Below are positions 47,510 through 58,434 of a DNA stretch of 64,000 nt, in pieces. Every line of letters begins with the position of its first letter. Positions within the stretch are counted from its first letter, which is position 1. Source of the stretch: Marsupella aquatica (taxonomy: Eukaryota; Plantae; Marchantiophyta); the NCBI GenBank assembly GCA_973895155.1, contig OZ316891.1, forward strand, positions 24,179,899-24,243,898. The letters are read 5' to 3'. Below the pieces are notes generated by a model. It ran no database searches. It was not told the DNA's origin and saw only the letters and a program-made list of their open reading frames with translations. The position numbers were made by a program, and so were the translations under genes.

Positions 47510-48370
47510 AAGTGTAATTGGGATCGAGAAGCTAAGAGAAGAGATTGAAAACATTAGAAGAAGCAGCATCTTCACCACCATGATGGGACAGATCATTAGG
47601 CAGGTAGCAATCTACCAAGGGATAAGCAACGCATTGGACCAACATTTCTGGAATAGTAGAGAATAGGAATTCATCGCAGCAAATGCAAAGGCAAAAGAGC
47701 TAGAGAAGAAAACATCGGAGAATCAGCAAATTATGGAGAAGTTGTCAATAGAAGTAGAGAGACTACAAAAGAAAGAGGACACGTTGCAACTATCGGACGG
47801 GGATGGAGACACAAAGAAACTGCCATGGAATCACTGGCAGAGTTTTTAGGCATGGGGACATTCCAAACGGGAGGCTTGACGGTAAACTACAAAGGTGTGA
47901 CCACGGCGATTAGGGCAGCAATTGAAGCAGAGAAGATGGAAAATTGTAAAGCACAGTTGCAATCCAAAGCGAATGCGGATTCCTTAAAAGAAGTTAAGAG
48001 ATTACAGATGCAACTCAAGGATACATTGGGTAAACATCAAAAAGAAGCCAGCAAGTGGGAAAAAGAGTGAAAGGAGGTCAAGGAGATAAAGTTGAAATGG
48101 GAAGAATTAGATTCCCAACTCCGTCAAAACATGGATACAACTCTACTAGCAGATGTAATGCTAGGGGTACACAAGGAGGCGCTCAACATCAAAATTGACC
48201 AATTGAGTAAGCAGTTGCACATGGCGAACGAGCAAATTGCAGAATTAGCTCGGGGGGGGGGTCACTTCCATGGAAGTGCCACATCATGTGCGACGAAGTA
48301 TAGGGCCATTTAATTGAGTTTGGCGGAAGACTTCCGAAGATTGGTGGAAGAACTAAAGGGTCCATTTTAA
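47510..48370 (+). pseudogene. Decayed coiled-coil ORF fragment of unknown origin, probably TE-derived
   Basis: E/K/Q-rich heptad-like pieces (47825-48070, 48092-48313) broken by stops. Confidence 0.4.
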
Positions 48371-48825
48371 TTATTGGGTCGCTTTAAAGAACAATAGGCA
48401 TTTTTTAATTGGGACATAGTCCACGGAAGTTGTCCAGCAAAGTTAGGGATTTTATTATCATATGTTCATGCGACACGCGTCATGTTTATATTGGACCACG
48501 TGTCTCCTTGTAATTACAACACGTGTTTTTAGGTGGTAAATATTAATTTTTGCTGCAACATGAATGTTTCAATTTTTGCCCTATTGTAACCAAACTTTAT
48601 AATTGTCAACAATTTCTATTTGGGGTTTATTGGGACGTGGTCTAAAGTCGGTTAAGGGACCCCAGGAGACCGATGATGCCACTCAGGGTTTGCAAGGGCC
48701 GTCGATGTTTAGGGTTTAAGATTTGACGGTGCACAATGGCTCGGGTGGTGGCTGTAGGGGACGAGGACTGTGGGCCCGAGGTTGAGGGAGGACGCGCAAA
48801 CATTGAGTTTCAAACTCAATGTTCA

Positions 48826-49095
48826 CTTTCTTTGTGACAAATGGGAGGGCTGCATTGCACTGCTGCAACTTTCTTTGTGACAATCAGGAGGGGCTGTGCT
48901 TTGCTTTCTTTGTGACAATCGGGAGGGGCTGCGCTGCGCTTTCATCGTGACAATCGGGAGGGGCTACACTTTGCTTTCTTTGTGACAATCGGGAGGGGTT
49001 GTGCTGCGCTTTCATCATGACAATCGGGAGGGTTGCGCTGTGCTGTCGTGGAGGATCTTCAACTTTCTTTGTGAATTGGGGCTGCGTTGCGCTGC
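48826..49095. repeat. 35-bp minisatellite, about 7 units
   Basis: CTTTCTTTGTGACAATCGGGAGGGGCTG... units at ~48826, 48869, 48904, 48939, 48974, 49009 and 49063. Confidence 0.85.
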
Positions 49096-50622
49096 CGCAA
49101 CTTTGGAGGGTGACTGTGACTGATTTGCACTGCCGCAACATTGGAGAGGATCGAGGTAGACTGAGTGCTGCTGCTGCCACAAGTTCTGGAGTGAGTTCAG
49201 AGAGGAGGTACATTGTGAGGCCGACTGTTACTTGGTTCGGATCGAGCTTGATAAAAACTAATGAGGTCTCCACCATAGCTTTTTGCTTGTTTCCCTCTCG
49301 GTTTCCCTGCGTTCTGCTTTCTTCTTATGTTTCTCTCTTTATATGTGTTAGGAGGACAACAACGCTACAGAGGAAGGTTGGCGGACAGGAGGTGATACTC
49401 CTGGCTTATGTGGGCCCTTGAAGGTTGCTCCTCTTGCAAATGTTGCCGCACATCGATGTTAGTTGCTATCTATTTGCTAGCATTTCCTCTTTGCCTGCGA
49501 CATGTTCCTTTCCTTTCATATCAGAGGAGGGCGATGCCGGCTAGAGGATTGCTGCTCTGCTGCTGCTGTCCGGTTCTTTAACTGCGGGATTGAGCTGTGT
49601 GATTGCTTGCAAAAAGACGCAGACCCAGAAGGAATACTTGGTGAGGGCGGAAGAGTGAAGGAAGTCTTTCATCTACCAGGTTGGAATCTATCACTTCGCT
49701 TGCAAACTTCACAGGAGTGACAAACAAAGTCTATGTTGTCACAATCACAAGCCTGTGTGATTGCATTGCCTTGAAAAGAGCTACCCTGAAATCCAGCGTA
49801 GAAGCTTCTGAAAAGTTGCACATCTGATCCCCACTCGTATTGGCAGGATTGTCCATTTAGGGTGAACTCAGCAAGGGACATTCTATTTGGTCCCATTGCT
49901 TGGTGGTTCTCGGTGATCAATTATTTCTTGGTAATTGGTGCTTCCTTTGTGATCGGTGCTTGATCTTTGTTGTGATTGGTGCTTGGTGCTTGATCTTCAT
50001 TGTGATTAGTGCTCGCTATCCAAATCAGATCCAATCTGATCCTGCACTGTGTTGTGCAGTGAAGGTATGAATGTTGCTATGAATGACTCATTTTGTGGGT
50101 TCCAAAGTGAATGAAAGTCTTCTTTGGTTTTGTTTTGTTGCAGCTTGGCTTAGCAGAATGCACAGCTAGAGTTGCCTTCAATGTAGGACCTCAAGGTAGA
50201 ATTGCAGAGGTAGTAGACAGACAGACCCTCAGAGTCTAAATCTTCTCGGAGTATTGAAGGAAGCTTGTTGTGAATGATGTCACAATGCAGGTCAACATTA
50301 TTGTCTGCAAGGGCTACATTCTGAATTATTTGCTCCATTGTTGTCTTTGTAGGGCGAGTTCACTTACTAGTGGTACGTGGGTCTTGGATCGTGTTGTTTA
50401 GGGCTGTATTCTATATCAGTGTTGTGCAGAGGACAACATACTCCAGGTGTGGATCTCCCCTCTTTTCAGTTATGGTCTGGTGTATGTACTATAGTTAAAG
50501 TTGTGCAGTATTATTCAACTGTCTGATTGATTTGAATGTACAGAGACAGAATAACTGTGATATGTTTTAATTGTGCACTGTGGAATGTGCAGATTCAATC
50601 AATCTTGGGTGGTGAGCAGGAG

Positions 50623-53600
50623 TGTGATGCCTAGCCAGGAATCACTAGCCCGGTTTAAATGGTAAAGCAGGAGTGTACCCTGGAAACACCTTAGTATAGG
50701 AATAAAACAAGGAAAATATAAACAATTAAGGGTGACTATGGAACCCGGGCCAAGGCCGGAAGTAAGGACGCGGGGGGAGAGAACACGATTAGGGTTAGGG
50801 CGCGCTAAGCGTCGGCGGGTAGGGGTGACCAATGGGAGGGAGGACCTTAGGAGGAGAGGGGTAAGGACCGCTCGCGAGGAATAGAGGCTCATTTGCAAGA
50901 ACGAACTGGGCAGACGACTACGGGAGGCCAATCGCTGTCAGCTGCTTAGGCAAGCACTTGGGGTGGGAACAGATACCAACGATCGACTCAAGGAGGGTAT
51001 GAGCAACGTCAATCAAGCGGCACATTTTTGGGGATGCCTATTCGAACGGGCAGGTGAGTACATCAGGACTTACAAGGACAAGGAATCAGAGAGAGCAGCT
51101 CAAGAACGGCAGGAACTCGCTTCGCTCTGGGAACTACAGAAGACAGCTTTCTTAGGAGAAGAACTTATCAAGGCCAAGTTCTTGTGGACTCCTACTGCCA
51201 ATCAGCTCGACGACCTTCTGTTTTGCAAAAACAGAATCGTCGGCATCCGGGAAGCCATCAATCGCTGCAGCAACCTACACTGGGAGTTGAAGGGTAACAC
51301 GGACGGGTGGACAAAGGCAACCTTGCTAGGAGAAACATCCACGGCAGCCAAGATGAAGAGGAAAGGAAACAACAACGAAGAGGCCACCCCGGCAAAAAGA
51401 ACGAGGTCGGCGGCACCTAGGAAGCCAGCAGCGCAGCAAAGCAGGACTAGGGGAGAAGCCGAGGAGGAAGAGGTCGATCCCATCAATGCCATTCCAACAA
51501 ACGATGACACCTGGAAAGGCTGGGCGGTGACCCTACTGGAGGAAGTGCAATTACACTTTGCACGAGAGGAGGATGCATGCTTTACGGCCATGCAGACCAA
51601 GAAGTACCAAGGCTTCATGGCCGGATCCGGCTTGGAAGCCTTGGTAAGATTACCATGGCTGAAGCCGGAGGTGCCGGACTCAGACTTATTAGAATTCATG
51701 GGATCATGGGAACCCGAGACCAATTCCACGAGGGTGTATGGGAAGGATTTCTATCTCACTCCTCGGGTGATTGCCGAGGTGTTTGGCTTGCCGATGGGTA
51801 ATAAGACCAAGGTTGATACCAGGAAGACCTTACCTGACAAGGAGTTCCGGTCATTCCCAGGACCATCAACGAAGAATGGCTTCTTCCGGAACACCTGCAC
51901 CAACCCGCACATCAGAGAGATGATCGATTTCTTGCAGGTGACCATGCACTATAACTTGCCGAGGGCAGAGATCGGCAAGGCTCAGGTCTACCTGGCATAA
52001 AGGCCAGACCCAAGCCGGGATTACAACGGGTACCTCCTCAACCAACTGAAGAAGATCTTGAAGGAGGAACAGCAGGTGATCGGTGTGGGAAGCGTGTCCC
52101 GGCTTGGCTATCACATGCCGCTGTTGTGCCGGTATGCCAGAAGTCAAATCTTTGCCCCAGTACTTCCCCTATTGGCAAGGGCACCGGAGGAGGTTCCAGA
52201 GCAGAGGCCGGCACCAGAGAAGCCCAACCAACCCAGCAGTTCGACGATCGAGCAGGTGTTTCGGACAAGGAATGAAGACGTGCCGATGCAGCAACCAGGC
52301 ATGCAAAGTCTGTTGAACTTACTAGAGAAGGAAAGGAGAAGGGTTCCGGCAACGATCCAGGACGATGCCCCAGAGGTCGGCTTAAACCGACTTAGAAGGG
52401 AAGATCCCTTTACCAGAGCCAAGGAGAGAAGGAGGCCAGAACACAAGCCTGGAGTGCGAATGTATGTGGGAGCCTCAAGCCCCGAATCAGAGGCAGAGCA
52501 GCCTAAGGCTCCTTTCCGCGGAGAGTAGAAGGAGACGACAGCCTGGAAACAAGAGGAACCAGAGGCTGTTTTCACGACTAGACCAGGGGAACAAGGGGAG
52601 AAGGCGGGAGTCCAAGTAGTGGAGGAGGCGGGAGAGGACTACAACAATGATAACTCCGACTATGGGTCGGATCATCATGTTCCAGGAGTAAGGACCTGTG
52701 GCCGATTTATCCCCATGCTTCCAAGAGTAGTTCGAGGGGACCCCAACCAGCAGAGTAGCCCCGAGTCTCCCCCACCAGAGATTGCTCCCCCGAGCTTAAA
52801 GCAGACGGCACAAGAATTTCAGGAGCGACTTAGGGAGGATGAGAAAGCAGCCCTGGCTAGGGAGAAGGATTTACCAGGAGGAGATTGGCGGGAGGACATC
52901 AGGCGGCTTGCCAAAAAAAGAAGCAACCCTCTTGCCACCATAGAAGAAATCCGCAAGACGGCTTGGGAGCAGAGGCCGCGGTGGGTAATGCCGATGACTT
53001 CTAGTTACTCCACCTATACTAAGGATAGAGCCATGGAGTATGGGGAGATGTGTGGGGAACTGGCGCTCAGCATCTTTGGGGAGGAGTTGGAGCAGGGACC
53101 CTTTTTCCAGAGGGAGATGTTGGAAAAACACCGATTAGAAGAAGCGGTGGCTTTGGAGAGGAGCAAGAAGGACGAGGTTATCCGGCGGCTTAGGGAGAAG
53201 GAAGCCAAGATGGAAATCCTGCAAGTGGCCAAGAAAGCCCAAGATGAACTACGGATTAAGCGGCATGAAATAAACATCATGCAGGGGCAGTTGGATACCG
53301 CTCAGTCTGACAATCAGATTATCAAAGATAAACTGACTTGGACCCAAGGAGAGTTGGCCGGCACAGTCAAGGAAAGAGAGAAATGGAAGCGGGAGCTAAG
53401 GGATGCAGAGGAGGCCCACTTAGCAACCAACAATCAGGCCATGACGGAGAACCAGAGAAGGGAGAGGGCGTTGAAAGGAGAGCTCGAAGACATCCGCGGA
53501 GCCCTTGAGCAAAAGGAAGCAGAGTTAGGGAAATCCTATCAAGGGATTATTGCACTGCAGCAGGAGCTTGCGTCCTTGACGGCCAGCTTCAAGGCCGACC

Positions 53601-55314
53601 TGCGTGAAAAGGACAACCAGCTCGACTAGACTTATGCCAAGATGAATAAAATGGAGTCTGTGGTCGTAGCAGAGCTCGACAAGGAGCTAAGAGCAACCCA
53701 GGAGGAGAGGGCTACCTTAAGGAGGGAATTGGAGGAAGCCAATAAGGAGCTGGAGGAGGCGCGCAAGGACCTGGACGAGACCCAGGAGGAGTTGGAGGAA
53801 ATCACGAGAAAGATTGAGAACCTACAACGGCGGGCCGACAACCAAACGGAGCGGCTGAAGACACAAGCCGCAGTATTTAAATGCTTGGCTTCATCAGGTC
53901 CAACTCCAATTGGAGGAACCCAGTTACCAAGGGTAGTATTGGCCGTAGGACAAGCCAAAACACTCACCCCGGTGCCGAAGGTAGGTGGCAAGGGGAAGGA
54001 ACTGGCTGTCAAAATAGGGAAGAAGAAGAAGCAGAAACCTTCTAGGTCTGGGAGTTATACGGCTTCTCAAGCCGAGGGGACCGAGAGGATAAACCCGGCA
54101 CCGATCTCCAGCATCTGCACGGTGGTGGATCCACCAGTCCTAGGAAGTGGAGATGGACCGGATCCTCCGCTAGGGCATGCCGGGGAGGCCGGAGCCGTAT
54201 CGGAGGCCAGAGCCGTATCAGAGGCCGGAGCCGTATCGGAGTCCGGAACCGATGATGAAGCCAAAGCCGGGGGTGGACCTAGTCAAGCCGATGAAGAGTT
54301 GACTCGGTCAAGGGCAGGTAATCTGTCAGTGGACGGACCAACGGTAGTGGCTGCGGAGGAAACATTGGGGGCGTCCATTGAGAACCAGCCACTGGTGTCG
54401 TGACGGTGTAAAGGTGCCATCCCTTTTAGGGAAGGTGGACGTGGAGGTAGGAGGCGTGAGTGGGCAGGGCGGGCGCTGATCTCCAAGTTTAGATTTAGGA
54501 TCAGGACCAGGAGACGGCCCTGACACTTAGATTAGTGGGATTTTGGATCCGCGGTTGAGGGCGACACTTGTGCTCCTGCCTCGCTGTACATAGGTAGATT
54601 ACAGTTAGGTAGATTATAGTGGATAGATTAGGCTTACGCTGCAAGGAATCAGGCGGATCCACAACCAGGATAAGTACCTGGGCTACGGGGAGTTTAGGGC
54701 CTCTTCTTTAGCAAGTTTTCAGTTGCACTAGCAGGGCTGGGATCAAGTAGTAAGAGAAGCTCTCGGTTAGTTATACAGTGACCTTGTGTATATCCATGTT
54801 TCCTCATACTTAAGAACTGAATAGAGTTGGCCTCACGGCTTAGTTTCCAGAGCTTGTGTATGAGATGTACTGTTTGTATTGCAAGTGCAGGGTATAACTC
54901 AGTCAGAAGGAGTCATTTTGCTATTTGTGTGTCGCATTAACTTGTGTGAAGAGTGCCCACATCAACGAAAGAAGGGAAGTAAACAAGGGAGTGAGAGTTG
55001 GATGTGTCGAGCTGAGAGAGATCTTAGCGGCTTAACCAAACCAATTGGGGATCATTCCGGCGGTGGAATCCAAATATATCTAACCAACAGAAGGAAAAGA
55101 CAAGAGAAGGTATAGATTGGGCCAACTGCGTATCTCATGACCCGATGAAGGATCTGTCCAGTATATGTGTGTAAAATGTTAATAGTAGTAGTAGGAAGTT
55201 AGCAGCGTCCCATGCCGCTAAACCGCGGAAATAGCCTCGCCAAGCACGAAACCTGTGGGAATCGGCTTGGGCGGGGGGGTTTCTTGGGTTTGGGGAGCCA
55301 TGGGATGCACCACA
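50623..55314 (+). mobile_element. Solo LTR of the B/C family (4,692 bp)
   Basis: TGTGATG...CACCACA with TSD AGGAG on both sides (50618-50622 and 55315-55319); no PBS or internal region. Confidence 0.95.
50738..54403 (+). pseudogene. LTR-encoded accessory ORF, copy 4 (1,221 codons)
   Basis: ORFs starting at 50963, 52058, 52619 and 53642 are all in the frame of ATG 50738, despite several indels relative to copies 1-3. Confidence 0.85.
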
Positions 55315-55426
55315 AGGAGTTCGGGTTCTCGTTTGACTATAGAAGTTCTGGGGAGGCTAGGATCCAAGTAAGCTCCACATTGTTGTAGAGGACAACAAGG
55401 CCTTTAGCTTTAGGGTTGACTGTGCC

Positions 55427-55894
55427 ATGGGTCGTAGATATGAGTCTGCACCAAAGGTTTTGCCCTGTTCAGTTTCAAAGCCAATTTTTCAAGGTGTGAA
55501 TGCCTTCTTAGTTCCAAATGAATTTTCAAGAGCCCGTTTTGAAGTTTTCCATAGAAAGCTAATTGAACGTCATGGTCAGCTTTGCACTGCTGCTTCCAGC
55601 AACACCACTCACATTGTTGTTGGTTCTTGGAGAGCAGTCATGTCCAAGTGGACATGGTCTGGTGTTAATTCACTCATTCAAGAGCAGGCATTGAAAGTCG
55701 TCTCATTTGAATGGATGTGCGAATCCCTCAAAGCAGGAGCCCTATTGGAAGAAAGCACTTTCAACTTAATGTTGACTGAGGTAGAGTCTGAGGTAGACTG
55801 CGCTAAGAGAAAAGTAGAAAAGATGAAACAAGATAAGGCAGGTGCAGTTTGGAGAAGTGTAAACTTGATCATGCCAAAACGTAAATGTGTTTAG
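55427..55894 (+). CDS. BRCT-domain ORF or exon resembling the N-terminal BRCT of DNA polymerase lambda
   Basis: IFQGVNAFLV...RARFEVFHRKLIERHGQLC....THIVV...VVSFEWMCESLKAGALLEESTF matches the BRCT pattern (F.G, THxV, W...S). Possible splice donor at ~55842. Confidence 0.65.
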   Translation: MGRRYESAPKVLPCSVSKPIFQGVNAFLVPNEFSRARFEVFHRKLIERHGQLCTAASSNTTHIVVGSWRAVMSKWTWSGVNSLIQEQALKVVSFEWMCESLKAGALLEESTFNLMLTEVESEVDCAKRKVEKMKQDKAGAVWRSVNLIMPKRKCV

Positions 55895-56397
55895 CTTACT
55901 ATAAATGTAACCTTTAACCCCTATTTAGATAAAACTGGACAATTAGTGAAATTTTGGATTGATTGAAATTACAATTAAATCATATTTAAGCAAAATAAAT
56001 TCATTATTACTAAGTTAACACTTGCATGTACCAAAAAACCATATATATTGGTACACAATGTCATAATTAGAATTATTGTAATATGCACAATTTAGAATGA
56101 AAGATGCACAATCCATGGTCCAATAATGAATAAAGTGGTACAAGGTGTACAATCACATTAATGTGCACAAATTTACTAGTAAGAGTGAAATGCATAATCC
56201 ATGATCCAGTCATGAATAACCATCCACATATGGAAACCATTCAATGCTAGGTTGCTTTCTTGTGATTGTTGAAGACAAGAATTTTATTGAAGAATTGCTC
56301 TCCCCTTTTTAATATGTCAAATCAACCAAATAACAAGGTGATGATGATGATTTACAATTACTTATCCTTCTACTAATAAAACTACACTGTCTAAGTA

Positions 56398-57700
56398 TCA
56401 TGAAGTTGATGCTGCCTCATCCTCTAAGCATCTATTCAAATTGTCTCTTGCTTTCATTGCATGACTTTTTGCTATTCTAACTAAGCCACTTTTGGCTGTG
56501 GTCCGTCCCTTGAAACACCATAGTACAGTGTTCACACTTATTGTCTCAGTGGAATACCCTGGATCACGTTCCCATTGTTGATTCCAACAATCTAACCACC
56601 GCTATCGTGGCTCATATTCTGGCTGACCACGTTTTCTTAGCATGTAAGGTCTATACCACTCCACAATACACACATGTTCAAGTTGATTGTTGGCATTCAA
56701 CTCTCCTTCTTCCACATTACTAATCACTTTGCCCAAATAAATTGGGTAAATATCTAGGTCAGCTGTGTCTGGCCGAACCAATTCAAGATATAATTATCTT
56801 TCATGATATCTACCCTTGGGTTAAAAGTTTCACGAGGTTTGTCTTTCCTTGGTCCCACATACCCAATCTTTGCATCCAACTCACATGCCACATTGCGGTA
56901 TTGCAAAGGAACACTATCTCTCCATTTTGACATGGGCCAAAATCCATGAACCAAGTGTTCCTCTCCAGATCTATATTGCACCGCCTCTGTCTCCAAAGTA
57001 TGGATAATTTGATTCCAGTATTGTATCAATGCCACCCATCTACCCTTTCCTTCTTCTGAAGTAGTTCAATTGCAGACAAAATTGAAAAATTTCACTTGCT
57101 TATGTAGTCCTTGTCGCACCTCCTCTACCATGGCCATTTCTATCATTGGTAATCTTTTTGGTTCTCCTACGGGAAGGTTTGGACTATTATCATCCATCCA
57201 CGACCACATCTCAATACCTTCTCTTGGGAGCCAATCATCCTCTTGGCATTTCATTTTGTATTGAAGGCATGGCATACCATCATCACGCACATACAATCGA
57301 AATAGTTGTGGTTGCAAATGCCCCACCAATGAGTCCCCTCCTTTAAGCAAGTATGGTTCCAAGTATGATTTAAAATTGGGCACCTCTTGCACGAAATGGG
57401 GAACTGGATGTGGAGTCCTTGCCCCCATTAACAATGACATTAGATCTGCCAAAGAATAGGTTGGGTTACGCATTAAACTTTCAGAGAAATGGCCAAACAT
57501 AGCATCAACATCCTCATGAGTATGTCCGACCATGAGAAATCCCAGATGAATCTCTTCAAAAACATCTCTTGCCGTCAGTAGGGACAAATAACCCAACACA
57601 TATCTGTTTTTGTTATCTCCTGCACAATTGTCAAGTTGTAGCTTCAAAACTCTTGGAAGAGGCTTGAAGGTAGTAGACGCATCCAATGAGTGTGACTTCG
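56398..57700 (-). pseudogene. DDE/RNase-H-fold transposase, 3' exon (DUF7869/Sola-like motif set)
   Basis: LKLQLDNCAGDNKNRY...FLMVGHTHEDVDAMF. Continues in frame through a stop into 57035-56754 and on to a frameshifted tail ending at 56398. Acceptor-like TTTTTGCAG precedes 57700 on the minus strand. Confidence 0.7.
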
Positions 57701-57719
57701 CTGCAAAAATTTAAGAACC

Positions 57720-57889
57720 TGTTGGACCATGACAAGATGGAAAAAGATCTCGTGTATACTCCCAAGGAGAAGAATAAGTACATGCGGCTTGAAGGCCGTT
57801 GCCCTGAGGCAGTTATCCTAACTGAGTTAGGTAGAACTCTAGTTAGGCAAGTAGAACTATGGTAAGTAGGTTTAACCTGGGTTACAACA
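57720..57889 (-). repeat. 3' LTR of F
   Basis: TGTTG...CAACA, next to the PPT (CTCCCCCTT on the plus strand). Confidence 0.95.
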
Positions 57890-58434
57890 CTCCCCCTTGG
57901 GTATGACATTTTCCAGGGAAAAAGTTGTACCCATTCTAAACCTGCTTTGTTTCTACTGTATTCTTCTGCTTTCTCCTATTTTATTTTCTCATCATGATAT
58001 AGTTAGGGAATAGGATGTGACCTCCCTAAAACCTCCCCATCAATGGGAGGAAAGAGTATCACCATCCATGTTCCAAAAACAGTTGTAGACTAATCAGAAT
58101 CCTAAAAAGAATTATGTCCTGAATAAACAGGGGTACTAAGGGTGTGTATGCCGTAACATGTGTGTATAGAGACGGTATCGTGAGTAAAGTCGTGTCATTT
58201 TAGTGGTGAGTAGTCGTATGGAAACCGCATCGTAAGCCCTAAAGTTAGTTGTGGTGGGCCGCATTCGCTCGAGGCTCGTGGAGATGGTGGGCCATACTTC
58301 GGATGGTCGTGAGATGGTGGGTCGCACAGCGTTTGGTCGAGCCCGTGAGCGCGGCTTTTTCGGACGTTGCGTGCATGTTGCTACGTAGACTCTCCAGGTG
58401 ATGTGCTCCCCCTGGAACGTGGGGTCGATGAATA

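Noticed and set aside
48826-49095. CRISPR-like array
   Set aside because: Units are head-to-tail without unique spacers, there are no cas genes, and the context is eukaryotic.
48884-49421. 130-aa and 140-aa ORFs over the minisatellite
   Set aside because: They are open largely because the repeat lacks stop codons; no protein features.
55910-55930. TTAA-CCC as a piggyBac-like terminus of the DDE element
   Set aside because: No matching second terminus in the window, and the transposase motifs are not piggyBac-like.
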